Positions 1 to 12,137 are shown, counted from the stretch's first letter. The stretch: DNA of 64,000 bases from Eledone cirrhosa (GCA_964016885.1 OZ024743.1:147622001-147686000); one strand, 5' to 3'. The notes: generated from the sequence alone by a model not told the origin. Translations and numbers: made by a program.

Positions 1-43
1 AGAATGAACTCTTCATTCGTGCTCTTGTGTTGGCATGCGAACA

Positions 44-93
44 GAACTGCAAACACTAATGTTTCTGGGCATCTCCCTTCATCAGTACAGCTC
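44..93 (-). ncRNA. Type I hammerhead ribozyme motif, family A copy 1
   Basis: Minus strand: gagctgta-CTGATGA-a-ggg agatg ccc-a-GAAAC-attagt-GTT-tgcagttc; stems I, II and III can form. Confidence 0.7.
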
Positions 94-484
94 ACTGTTC
101 ACCTGCCAAACTGTCAGAGCTAGTGAAAATATATGCTATTTTCAAAAATAAACAGTGACTGATTTGCCTGATTTTGCATATTAGTAAACTGGTTGATCAG
201 TCAGATCTGCACATTAGCAGATCCACTGATCAGTCAGATTTGCTTATCAGTAGACTGGCTAGTTAGTTTCCTGTATACAAGCGATAAATGGCTGGCTTTG
301 TCAAATTCAAATGAAAAAGAAAATGTCGATCTACATGGCTGAATACAATAAATGTAATCTGAGCTTTTCGAATATTAATAATAACATTCGATTCATTTGC
401 AATAATGCAAACAAGCCTCAATTTTATAGCCATGTCAGTAGAATGAACACTTAATTCTCTTGCACTTGTGTTGGCATGCGAACA

Positions 485-534
485 GAACTGTAAACACTAA
501 TGTTTCTGGGCATCACCCTTCATCAGTACAGCTC
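485..534 (-). ncRNA. Type I hammerhead ribozyme motif, family A copy 2
   Basis: gagctgta-CTGATGA-a-ggg tgatg ccc-a-GAAAC-attagt-GTT-tacagttc; 8-bp stem I. Confidence 0.75.
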
Positions 535-729
535 ACTGTTCACCTGCCAAACTGTCAGAGCTAGTGAAAATATATGCTATTTTCAAAAATACACAGTGAC
601 TGATCGGCATAATTTGCACATTAACAGACTGGTTGATCAGTCAGATCTGCATATCAGCAGATCCACTGATCAGCCAGATTTGCATACCAATGTAAACTTG
701 AGGCTTGTTTGCGTAATTGCAAACGCAAG

Positions 730-895
730 AGAGTCGGACATGCTTTCCAGCTTAGTTACGTTCCTTTACGATCTGAGTTCAAATCCCGCCGAGATTAACT
801 TAGCCTTTCATCCTTACGGGTTAGATAAAATAGAGTACCAGTAATGTACTAGGTAATTGCTGGCTTTGTGCCAAAAGTAGAAAGAATTATTAATA
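730..895 (+). mobile_element. tRNA-derived SINE
   Basis: B-box-like GAGTTCAAATCC followed by the conserved body also seen at 34108-34540, 35995-36092 and 37229-37325. Confidence 0.75.
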
Positions 896-954
896 TTCGA
901 ACAACTCAGATTACTTTTATTGTATTCAGGCATGTACAGCGGAATTTTCTTTTA

Positions 955-1004
<50 letters not shown>

Positions 1005-1040
1005 TATATAAGAAAATGTGGAGAAGGAGCACACGGGTTA

Positions 1041-1084
<44 letters not shown>

Positions 1085-1589
1085 ATAGGGAGAAAAAGAC
1101 GAATAATAGGAAGAAAAAAAGTTTTTTTTCCCTTTTTATCTTTTTTTTTTCTAGGTTAGAAAATGTTTAAAACAAAATATTTTACTTTGTGTGAAGTGTT
1201 AAGGAATTAGTTAATTAATTTATTAATTAACAATGGCATTTATTTATTTATTTATATATTTAATAATTGTCTATTACCGGTTTCAGCATTTTATACATTA
1301 TCAATAGGGGGAATTTGTGTTGGTGTAAAATGTTGGTGATGTTGAATATGCTAAGGAAATGGTGAAGAAAGAATAATGTTATTTTCAAACAAGGTTTTTT
1401 TCTCCCTATTTTCATATATATATATAAGGATTAATATTTTGAAGTAATATATATATATATATATATATAGTAAGTACATGGTCGGAAGTACATATATAAT
1501 ATATATATACATATATATATATACATATATATATATATTTTTTTTTATATATTTATATATATATGTATATATATGTATATATATATATA

Positions 1590-2811
1590 TATGTACTTCC
1601 GACCACCCCACCACTAATAATACTAAAAATCCCCTCACCCACCTTCTTCCTCACCACACACACACACACTCATACCCAAACACGCACACACACACCATTA
1701 CTATACACTCACTCATACTGTCCCCAGCACCATCTCTCTCTCTCTCGCACTAACAACACCCCGCACTACCAACACCCACCCACACACATCCCACTAACAC
1801 CTCCCCTAATATACACACAAATCCCCCATTCTCCGCCACCCTCTCCCTCAACCTTTCACACATGCCCATCCCCCTTGTCCACCGCACCTCCGCACGCACA
1901 TACACACATTCCACACCACATACAGATCATCTCTAGCACTCGTCCGTCTGTCTTCCTCCCTACCACTGCCTGCTTGTCACCTTCCTACTGCTATCTCCTT
2001 CCTCCCTCCATATCCTTGGCCCTGCCTTGATCCTCTGACCACTTCCTATTGCGCGGGCACCCCCACATCACTGTACTTCCTCAATACCATACCAAGGATT
2101 CTATACCACTGGTCCCCCGCACCAGGTATCCACCCTGCTACACTCGGAATTTTCAACATCCATTCCTATACTCTGCGGGAAAACATCCAGGAACACACAC
2201 ACAAACACTTATACTATTTTCGCACACACGCAACCATGCATCCACACCACACAAAAACACACACACACGTGCGTATCCTCACATACACACACACTCGACC
2301 TCCGGACTCCGCACGCCCATCTCCCCCACCACGTCTGACACTTCTCCATCCACACGCACACACACACACTGACTTACACCACATCCCATGTACACACTAG
2401 TTTCCCTACAACCTGAACATGGAACCTCGTTCCTCCCCAAACTCACATCCACACATACACACACACCACGTTCCGCCCTCACCCTTGGGACCCGCTGTCT
2501 CCCTTTCCCTCCCCTCCCCCTCCAACTACCAACCCCCACCCCCACACGCCTCACACCCTTTCACCACTTGTTTCATTTTATTTTTTTACCCTCTTTTTAA
2601 TTTTTTTCCTCCCCTGTCTCCTCCTTTTAATGTCTTTCCACCACTCTCCCTCACACACTTGGAACTCTTTACCTGCCCACTTTTCTCCTAATGAAGGGCT
2701 TATGCCCGAAACGTCATCCCCCACCCCCACTCTCAAGCGTGAACCTAATACTAACACATTGTACAGCACTCGTCGCTTTGTTTTTGGTTTTTGTTTTCTG
2801 TTTTAACTATA

Positions 2812-2815
<4 letters not shown>
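1590..2815 (+). mobile_element. C/A-rich non-coding element ending in a degenerate HHR (family B; probable Penelope-like 3' UTR/pLTR)
   Basis: Flanked by (TA)n. CTAATGA-agggc ttat gccc-GAAACGTC at 2688-2715, then tail CAAGCGTGAACCTAATA shared with ~57028-57045 and ~61850-61870. Confidence 0.55.
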
Positions 2816-2893
<78 letters not shown>

Positions 2894-3216
2894 AGATAAA
2901 ATTTATGTTTTTTTTGTAGTTTAACGGGTACAAATTACTGGTTTTGTCTTTCGTTTCTTGCACCTTTAGACAGCGTTTGGCTTATGTGAGACGGCGTAAC
3001 CCCGGATGGAACAGCACTACTGTTGGTAGGGGTCGAAATTGCCTAAGTCCATCTCCACGGCCGATGACCAAGGTGTTGTGTGTCCGTCTTTTGCACATTT
3101 AATTTTAAATATTTTTTAAGGTCTCCCCGAAAAAAAATATTTTCGTTTTGTTTTGTTTCCGCATTCGTTGTCTTGTTCTTTCTTTGTTAATTTTCTGAAC
3201 TTCATATATTTATATA

Positions 3217-3252
<36 letters not shown>

Positions 3253-4412
3253 GGAACGAGTAGGACCCCCGACGGCTGAGTTCAAGCCGTTTCGACGGCT
3301 AATTCTGGACTAAATGAACATTTTTATCCTGGTACATGAATAGCCGAGCTTATATATGGTAACAGTGATTGTCACAAGGATTGGTCAAAAGTTTGTTGTT
3401 GAGACACATAATTCTATCATAGCAATTTGTGGAAGGAAGGGGTAGTTGAACCTGCCAGTAGAAGAAAGAGGGAGAGGGAGGGGAGGAAACCCAGCCGTGC
3501 GTTGATAGTGCCAACCACAGCAGGATCCTAAGGGCAGGAGGTGAAGAAAGTATACTAGGGAGGAGGAGGAGGAGGAAGTAGAAACAGTAAGTAAATCAAT
3601 ATGGAGTAAATATATAGAAGAATAATAAGAATGTTAAAAATATAAAAAACAATTTCTGGTTACTATTCCCTTACCACCATCATCAAGTCTCTCCCTGGTA
3701 CTGCTAAACTATAGAGAAGTTTACTAGGTGTGTTGGAATTGTAGTGAGAGCATTTTATGAGTTAGTAGTAATCAACCGAATCTATCTTACAGTGGCGGGT
3801 CAACAAGTAGGGGGCCAAAATACTAAAGAAACTACTGCGAAATAATAATTCAGAGTTCCGAAACTAATGCGAGATAATGATTCAGAATCCCGAAAAAGAA
3901 TACTAATACTATATATAAGGGTGTGCCGCTACGATACAAACATTCTAATACAAACTACATAGATGCTCGCACGATATATATGAAAAATTTGATACGAACA
4001 AATAATTCAGAATCCCCCCCCCCCCCCCCCCCCAAAAAAATACTGATATACGAGAATCTAAAGCAGAGAAACCACTAAGAAAAGTAGAAAGCTCGGAAAT
4101 AGGGCAGCCATCGGGTAAGAAAGCAAGTATCTGGGGTCTATCATATCTGCTATAAAACGCGGAGTCGGCCAATTCTATCATAGAATAGGAGATGGGGTGG
4201 GGATACTGAGGCTACAAAGGACCGAAGGGCTGCCTCAGGGTGGGCGGGAAAGTGAAAAGGACGACGACAAAGGGGGAGAACTGGGGTGGAAGGACTAAGA
4301 AGGGATGGGGGAAGAAGGAAATATAGATGAAACGATAAAAAGATATAAGAGAAAATCTTACGTCTACCTTTGCAAGCAGGGGTTACCAATTACAAAGTCG
4401 GCAAGTGGGGTG

Positions 4413-5795
4413 TTACAGCCCTTGTCTACACCCCGGGCCATTATGGGGTTTGAGGGCGAGGTAATTCCTACGCAATCTGTGTTTGCATGCAGTTACCAAT
4501 TCGTCTTTCTTGTTTAGGCGTTGGTCCTTCAAAAACAGCATTTGTAAAGTTTCCTCCGTGCATAAATTGCACGGACGGCGTCCTCCCGTGTAAGAGTTGG
4601 CTCTGGACAGTAAGCTCCGAGTGAGATCATAGGTAATATTATTAACTTTGAGGTCCCAGATGTGGCCCGAAAGTGTGGTGGCGTGACGCCACCGGGTTTC
4701 GGAAAGTATGTCTGTGTTGGTATAGCCGGGTCTTGAAGTCACATGCGGTTAATCCTATATAAGCTTTGTTGGAGGTGTCCGTCCTCACGTTGCACTGGTA
4801 GATCGCATTACGATCTCTGCATCTGTTGTCGAGGGGGCAAATGGATCCATCAGGACAGTTGCACTTCCTGGTCGGCTCTCCACTGCTATTAAGGTTATTT
4901 CTTCCATAGGGGTTGAGTTTTTTGTTGTTAGAGGAGACGATGTTTTGTACAAAGTTAGGTGTGGTGCTGAAGGAGAGTTTGATGGTATTTTTGTTGATTA
5001 TGCTGTGGTAGCGGTGTTGTAGTGGGAAGTGATTTTCGATGAGCCTAAAGAAGATTTTGCCGATAGGTGTTGTCACCTCGACGTTGTCGGGAGGATTGAA
5101 CAATGCAACGTTGCGTGAGCGGCGGCGTCGCCTGCTGGTTCCGCTAATTGAAGCTGGGTAGTAGGATATTTCCTCCCGGAAGCCACTCCGCTTGAAGGCC
5201 TGGTTGTAATAAGGCGCATGTTCCTCGAATATCTGCTCATTAGCGTACAAACGAGATATGCGGAGGGAGATGTTTTTAACTTGGTTATTGGTGATGTTCC
5301 TAGGATGGTTTGACCGGCGGTGGATGTAATGCAGGTTGTCGTTGGGTTTCCTGTATGGGTAGTACAGGTCATTATCGAGGTCAAGGGTGACGTCGAGGAA
5401 GTTTACTCGGGTCAGGGACGTTTGTAGAGTTATTTTAAATCCCCAGTCGCGGAAGAAGCTGATTAATTGTTTACGGACACGGTCTGTACTACTGGTGTTG
5501 TACCCTTTAAGGGTAAGGAGCCCATCATCACGGTACAATTCACCGCCGAATGCAGGAAACATATCGGTGAGTTTAACTAGTAGGAATAATCCTATAAGAT
5601 CTGTGACCTCAGCCGAATCCGTCGCGCCCATGCTGACGTCGAAGGGTGAGTCGGGAGTTCTCTTTATCCATTTGGAGTTGTCGAAAAGTAGGACTGTCTT
5701 CCTGGCGTGGAGGATGATATTTCTTTCCTGGTCAGTAATGGGCGCAACTGTCTCGGCGAAGTCTAAGGCGGCCGTAAGGAGCGGTAAGGTAATTG
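4413..5795 (-). pseudogene. Penelope-like reverse transcriptase + Zn knuckle + GIY-YIG endonuclease, one frameshift near 4685
   Basis: Motifs FDVSMGATDSAEVTDLIGL, LYRDDGL, NFLDVTLDL, YRKPND, SNHP, FNPP, CNC-x5-CPL-x3-C, IYQC...YIGLT...FKTR, then in the second frame LSGHIWDLK, CNLCTEE, LNKKDELVTACKH. Confidence 0.92.
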
Positions 5796-5872
5796 CCATG
5801 ATAGAATTATGTGTCTGAACAACAAACTTTTGACCAATCCTTGTGTCAATCACTTTTACCATATATGGAATT

Positions 5873-5968
5873 ACCCCCTGAGAAGCTCGGCTATTCATGT
5901 ACCAGGATAAAAATGTTCATTTAGTCCAGAATTAGCCGTCGAAACGGCTTGAGCTCAGCCGTCGCGGT
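5873..5968 (+). ncRNA. Hammerhead motif in inverted pLTR (family C), long stem II
   Basis: acccc-CTGAGAA-gct-cggcta...tagccg-tc-GAAACGGCT tgagctc AGCC-GTC-gcggt. Confidence 0.65.
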
Positions 5969-6295
5969 CCTACTCGTTCCTATTACCCACTCTACTACCC
6001 TAAGTATTGAGTACTTTGGTGCGTTATGGTCCATCTGGCTCCTTACCACATTTTCTTCGTTATATATATATATATCCAGGGAGTGTAACGCGGAGTTACT
6101 GTAGGTTCAACCGGGTGAGCACACGATGTTTAGGATCACGTCAGTATCGAGGTGTAGAGCTAGAGAGAGTGTAGTATAATAATATAAGGGCGAATGGTTA
6201 CTCCTTCATTACGTTTATTGGCTGGTGACACGCGTTTCGCTACTGCTCAGCTCAAGGTTCGATCTGTATCGATCTAGCCTGATTCTGGAATCATA

Positions 6296-7134
6296 AATTG
6301 ATTTATAAAGGCTGGACTCGGGGCAAAAGGTCAGATAATACCTAAGAGTTGTCAGCAACTGTGAGACGGTGGGGATACTTTATCGGACACACACGTGCAT
6401 GCGCAAAACGACGTGCTCACGCGAAACGGTGCCCTACAGACCAGAATTTAGAATTCGAAATTAAAATATTAAAATTCAAGCAAAACAGATAAATAAATAA
6501 ATAATGAAATAAATTATATTAAAATTTAAACGAAATAAAATCTAAACCCTTAAATCTAAGGACGAAGATGTAGAATATCTGTGAGAGATAGGTGGGAGTA
6601 AGCGAGTAGAATATAATTAGAGATTGTGGACAGGGGTTTAGGATTGGGTGAGTTTGTGGAGGGTGGGGTTGTGGGGGAATGAGTTCTAGTGTGGGAGAAG
6701 TATGCAACTTCGTTTGTTTCTTCTAGTGCAAAATCAGGTGAAGGGCGTCGGTTGTAGGTTATTGGGGTGGGTTGAGTTGGTATACATATATATATAGATT
6801 TTGCACTAGAGGAAACAAACGAAGTTCCATACTTCTCCCACACTAGAACTCATTCCCCCATAACTCCACTCTCCGCAAACTCACCCAATCCTTAACCCCT
6901 CTCCACAATCTCTAATTATATTCTATTCGCTTACTCCCAGCTATCTTAGATTTAAGGGTTTAAATTTTATTTCGTTTAAATTTTAATTTAATTTATTTCA
7001 TTATTTATTTATTTATTTATCTGTTTTGCATGAATTTTAATATTTTAATTCGAATTCTAAATTCTGGTCTGTTGCTGTCAACTCTTAGCTATTATCTGAC
7101 CTTTTGCCCTGAGACCAGCCTTTATAAGTCAATT
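6296..7134. repeat. Large imperfect fold-back inverted repeat (arms ~6296-6735 and ~6797-7134)
   Basis: E.g. ttctagtgcaaaatc (6721-6735) / gattttgcactagagg (6797-), and aattgatttataaaggctgg (6296-) / ccagcctttataagtcaatt (-7134). The left arm has an extra ~75 bp. Confidence 0.9.
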
Positions 7135-7659
7135 CTACACATCCACCTGACATTACTTTGTGTCTTGCTGACTCCTCCTTTAATCCTGTTTATCCCTTTT
7201 TAACTTTCTTCTTTCTGCCTCTCTTCCTCATTGTTTCTCCCTCATCAACCTGCCTTTCCTTGTTCTTCCCATACATGTGAGCCTGTGTCAGTGTGTGTGA
7301 GCAGACAATACGTGTAAGTATATGAGTAATGAACAATTCGATTATCTCCACCTCTAACCAGCATCCCCTCCACCACTCTCTCCTTTGCTATAAAGGTATA
7401 GCCACTGACTGAACTTCTACCTATGCTAACAATAGCCACGTGATCTGCCAACGTAACCCTAACCTACATACCTACTCGACAGTGCCGTTTGTCGTATCGC
7501 TTTTTAATTTTTAATTCTATTTTTCCTTCTTTAATTTCTCACCATTCCGGTTATTTCCTTTTTTTCTCCTTTTTGTTCTCTCTCTAGCTCTGATCCATCT
7601 TTTCTTTTTTAATCTTAAATTCAAGACGCTCTCCTGAGGAAGGTTAGAAGAGGTATATG

Positions 7660-8402
7660 ATGAAATCGCTCGTGTTTGCTGTGGCTTTTAATGTGTTTGT
7701 CATCGGGGCTATCTTTTCTACGGATTGCATTGTACAGTGTTTTGGCCACTACAACATGCTTCATAGGTAGATAGTACCGCGATGACATCTTTGGACAGCT
7801 GCTTATGGCATGGGTGACATCTTCGATGTTAATTCTGCAGAGCCTGCACTCGTCACATCTAGGTGTTTTGCCTGCATCCCTATCTCTTTTCTGAATCAGG
7901 TATTTCGTGTTGATTTCCTGCTCCTGGATTGCAAAAGCGTATCCTTCAAAGTTGGAGCCAATATAGCGGTTGTTGGTCCAAGAGAGACTACTTTGTTTAT
8001 CTATATTACTCTCACTCTGGAGCCTCCTGGCAACATATCCATGCATGATTTTTGCTGATAAGAATGCAGTTTTTCATCAATGGATTCACTGCGGTAGTGC
8101 TGAGCAACTTCGCTGGGTATCAGTTTTTGATTATCACACAGGGAATACCCCTCGAGGAGTTCCTTCCCAACTCTCATGCAGATAGACTTGCTGGAAAGGT
8201 GGGCTCCTACGCTTCGAGGTTCGTAGATGTTGTCGGGGGGATATGATGGGATATTCATAGCTGTTTAGACTGATGTTTGGCCTCTGCCTCCCTACTTCCG
8301 TTTCAAGTAGAGGCGGTCTATGTCGCTGTTGATGTGGAAGTTTCCGATGTTGTTAGTATTTGTCGAGGCCTAACATCAACTGCTCGAATTTCGTCTATCG
8401 TC
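7660..8402 (-). pseudogene. Fragment of R4/Dong-like non-LTR retrotransposon (post-RT thumb and CCHC finger)
   Basis: WTIDEIRAVDV...FHINSDIDRLYLKR, FEGYAFAIQEQEINTKY, CRLCRINIEDVTHAISSC; adjacent to (CATA)n. Confidence 0.8.
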
Positions 8403-8461
8403 CATGTATGTATGTATGTATGTATGTATGTATGTATGTATGTATGTATGTATGTATGTAT

Positions 8462-9067
8462 GTCAGGTCACCAGTTGGTGCTACTAGTAACATGTATCCC
8501 AGTACAACCTGTCTCATGGTCGGGTCGTTGGCGACTAAACTGGCAACCCCACCAAGGTTTCTTGGTGAGGAGGGTGACTTTGGACATCCTGCAGGACTAA
8601 AAACAAAACCTGTCAAAGGGCAAAGGAGCTCTTAAGAGTCAATGGCCATCCAAAATCACCGGGAGAGATGACCCCTTAGCCCTTGTCAAAGCAGAATTCT
8701 AGGAGAAGGAAAACTCTGATATAACACCTGCAACTCTGATGGTATCCAATGATGTTAACTTGTTTTTCTTTTTGGTAAATATCATCTTGGTTAAGAGAGT
8801 GGGACTGGCTTTGTGCAGTGCCTTTGCTCACTATAAAAGCTTCACAGCACAGGCATTGCTTTATATCTGGAGATCTCTCTGCACTTGTCACATGGTACCA
8901 TGGGCCCAGCACTATGTGTCAATAATTGTCACAAGTGTAGTGTTTGTACCAGAGTTTTCACGAGGCTGGCTGGACTAAAAAGTCACACTTGTTCAGCGCA
9001 TCAGTAGGGGTTCTCCTACATCGATATAAATTAGTGGCCGTACTCGAAAACGAGTTGGCAGCCACCA
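8462..9067 (+). mobile_element. Bipartite non-autonomous RTE-derived element (5' UTR + 3' end), flanked by (TATG)n
   Basis: RTE-like 5' UTR motif CTAGGAGAAGGAAAACTCTGA. The 3' part encodes CSVCTRVFTRLAGLKSHTCSAHQ* (terminal C2H2-like finger). A related fragment lies on the minus strand at ~26180-26340, also between CATA repeats. Confidence 0.6.
8466..8543 (+). ncRNA. Candidate HDV-like ribozyme at the 5' end of the RTE-derived element
   Basis: P1 ggtca/tggtc, P2 ccagt/actgg, GG, P4 gtcg-ttgg-cga, J4/2 CTAA; P3/L3 imperfect. Confidence 0.5.
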
Positions 9068-9107
9068 TGTATGTATGTATGTATGTATGTATGTATGTAT
9101 GTGTGTT

Positions 9108-10072
9108 ATCTCTTTCTCTTAATTTCGAGTATATTTTTTGACCGGCCACCTTCCTGGTGGCAAGGTTGTAAAAGCAAAGAAATTGTCATCCCTTGAATCG
9201 CAAGAATGTTTTGCAAATTTTGAAGGTGCCAGCTATCGTAGCAATTTGTAGACTATGTATTAGGGAGCTGCGCTCTTTGTCCGCAAATCCAAGTTCAGTC
9301 ATACTTTGGTCCAAGCGGGTTGGTATATAACCCGTAGCTCCAATAATGATGGGTATGAAGCTAAAGGTGTATCTTGGATACTGGATTTGTAAACTCCTCA
9401 TCAATGGTCCGTAGATGTCCTCTTTCTCCTGTATTTTTCTGACAACGTTTACATCAAGTGGGCAGCTGATCTCCACAACAGAACACGTTTTCAATGTGTG
9501 GTCCCAAACAACAATATTAGGCCGGTTGTGCTTTAATTTGGTGGCAGTTTTTATTTTCAGGTTTCACCAGTATTCCTTAGTGACATCTGTCTCAATATAT
9601 TCTTCCTCCTTTGTTGTTAATTTTGTTTTCCGAAGTGCGTTCCAGATGGTTCTAGCTATCCCATCGTGTCTTATGGAGTGGTAGTAGCGAGATGACATTC
9701 TTTCGCAGCTGGCAACAATGTGGCTTACATCTTCGATCTTTGTTTTACATAGCCTACATTTATTGTCAGCTGATGGCCCTCCTCTTTTGTGCAGCAGATA
9801 TTTGGTAGGGAGTTATTGTTCCTGTATTGCATAGAGATATCCCTCAAGGTGTGATGTCATAAACTTGTCGGAACTTCATGCCAGTACTTTTTAGTGGTTT
9901 ATCCCCTATATAGTCTGTGTTTTGCGTCTCAAGTAGCTATGCACAACTTTTTCTGTAAATTGGTCAATTTTGTCATCTTGTTTGAACATTGAATAGGATC
10001 TTCCGAATTCTCTGGGTGAGAGATTTATATCAGGCTTTATTCCATATCTCTCCTCCAGATCAGTGGGTATCC
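9108..10072 (-). pseudogene. 3' fragment of R4/Dong-like LINE (CCHC finger + restriction-like endonuclease) with (CATA)n tail
   Basis: CRLCKTKIEDVSHIVASC, KHNRPNIVVWD...CSVVEISCPLD...EKEDIY...IPIIIGATG; CATA repeats on both sides. Confidence 0.85.
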
Positions 10073-10110
10073 TATGTATGCATATATGTATGTGTGTATG
10101 TTAGTATGTG

Positions 10111-10298
10111 CAGGGTTGGATTTAATGATGTGGGTGAGGGGAAATTGCCCCAGACCTCTTGTAGTAGGGGACCCACCAACGACGGCCGTAGCAATTTATT
10201 TATTTGTAAAATTAGGGGGGTGGTTCTAATTTCTCGTGTATGATGCCCAACCCCCAAAGCTGAAGTACCCCAGGCCTCCAATGTCTACATCCATCCGT
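10111..10298. mobile_element. Degenerate MITE (hAT-like termini)
   Basis: Starts CAGGGTTGGATTTA and ends ...CCCCAGGCCTCC...TACATCCATCCGTG; weak terminal complementarity only. Confidence 0.35.
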
Positions 10299-12137
10299 GT
10301 GTATGTATGTATGTATATGCGTGTATGTAATTGTGAGGGTGATATAAACAAAAAAGAAAACAATTAAAGAGAACTATATTGATTTTTGCTTTGAACTTTC
10401 TTATATTTGAATATCATTAATAAATGTATCCTAAATGATCCGTTGCTTTCCGGACAAAGATCATGACACCTTTTCCTTAATGTTATTTTTTTAAAGTGAA
10501 ACTAATACTTTGTTGATTTCACGTAAAAATCAGTGTTTGTAATGCGAAGCAGTCTTTAGGAAAATATTTTTTTCAATTTAACAGGGAAATTCACCAAAGA
10601 GAACTGGCCGAGGTGGTAGAGCGTTGAATTATATGCTCTCTAGCAATTAGCTACCTATCTTTATGTTCGGAATTCAAATACCACTTGTGTCGACTGTACC
10701 GTTTAACCTAGCCTGGTTGGTAATATAAATAAGTGACAGTCAAGCATCTCTCGCTTCAAATTTGAATAATTCTACCTTCATTATTATCATTATAGTTCAG
10801 AAACTGGAAAGATTTAAACTTCCGTTGATCTCTACGAAAAGCTTCTACGGGCTCCCTTAATCTGCTAGGAATAACGGCAACATTTTCCTTAAATCGCGCA
10901 CATACCAATTTGATATTGGATGGTTTCATTGAAACCCCCACCACTATATTCACAGCTTAAAGATTTTTTTAACAATGTCTAACCAAATTAAAGCCGGACT
11001 GGAGCTAAAGAATGACAGTCACAACAGCAGCAACAATGAAAACAGTAATACCAATAGCAACACCAATAAAAATAAATATTTCCAGCGGATTCTGTTAGAA
11101 ACAACCGTCTCCAACTGATCCGACTGGATCCCCAAGTGAATTATGAACTCTTTATATACAATAAAAAGGACTATTTCAATTGCATATGTGGGGAAAATAA
11201 TGTTTCTAAAATTATAAATCAGACAGAAGTTTTAAAATCCACTACTGCGTCGAATCTTGTCTAGTAAGATTGTGAGAATATGAGAAACGTTTCTTTCATG
11301 TGCATTTCTGGATAAGTAATTTTATATAAATAATATTGGGCATTTTATCATGTGCTATTCAGTATATGTTTGTGTTATTATAGTGATAGACAATGAGAAA
11401 TGTCCCAAATGATCGAAACTATTGGTTTCTAAATCATTAACAAAACCATATATTTTGGAAGATATAATGAGCGATAAATTAATTCCATTATTCGATTGCT
11501 ACTAGTTTCAGCGAACCCAAAAGACTAAAAATCAAAGTTACACTCCAGCAGATTTAAATTCAATACACAAAGTGACAATATCAGATATATAGTACAAACA
11601 ACTTACCTATTCTGCTGTACAGTGTCCTAATTGGAGTCTTAAAATATTGATATCAAGGACTAGTTTACTGTATGCCCTACCCTATTCTGTTATATACTGA
11701 ATAAATATTTTATTCAATCAATATTGACCCAAAAATGAAGAATGAAAATAAAGTGGATTTGATTTTCTAAACGTGTATATTCATTATATAAAGACATTTT
11801 CATTTCTATAGTCCTGAAAGTAATTATAATTCTATGTACCTATGTGCATTGGTATAGCATGTCTCTTCATGTGTGTGTTTGTGTGTGTGCATGTGCTTGC
11901 ACATATGAGTAACTGACTTTGTTTTATATATAATTTTTTGTTTTATTGTATTTCAATTTTCGTACACATGATTTGTACGTTTATCTCAGGGCCCAACAAG
12001 CAATAACTTACAACAAAAGCAACGAATTAAAAATAAATACTTAGTAATAAATGATAAATACTTAAGTAAGTAATTAAATAAGCGAACAAATAACCTGGAC
12101 AAAAGCTTGCATATAATTTTCTGCCGACTGGATTGAA

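Larger units (their letters stand above)
1..690 (-). repeat. Tandem ~441-bp HHR-bearing repeat (family A), ~1.5 units, with internal ~33-bp subrepeats
   Basis: Sequence at 1-260 recurs at ~440-690. Further copies at ~18680-19110 and rearranged at ~24710-25100. A short inverted piece at ~690-723 mirrors ~395-427. Confidence 0.85.
3252..6060 (-). mobile_element. 5'-truncated Penelope-like element (Naiad-type) with 3' UTR/pLTR (3252-4412) and inverted pLTR at the 5' junction (~5790-6060)
   Basis: RT + GIY-YIG ORF on the minus strand. 3252-3425 is the reverse complement of ~5795-5982. Both ends abut (TA)n. Confidence 0.9.

Noticed and set aside
170-260. 33-bp subrepeats as a CRISPR-like array
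   Set aside because: Contiguous degenerate tandem repeats without unique spacers, in a eukaryotic context.
5796-5898. N-terminus of ORF 4642..5898
   Set aside because: Comes from the antisense of the inverted pLTR, not the real protein start.
10906-11004. Putative minus-strand host exon (…CEYSGGGFNETIQYQI) with AG/GT signals
   Set aside because: All frames from the best acceptor contain a stop; no recognisable domain.
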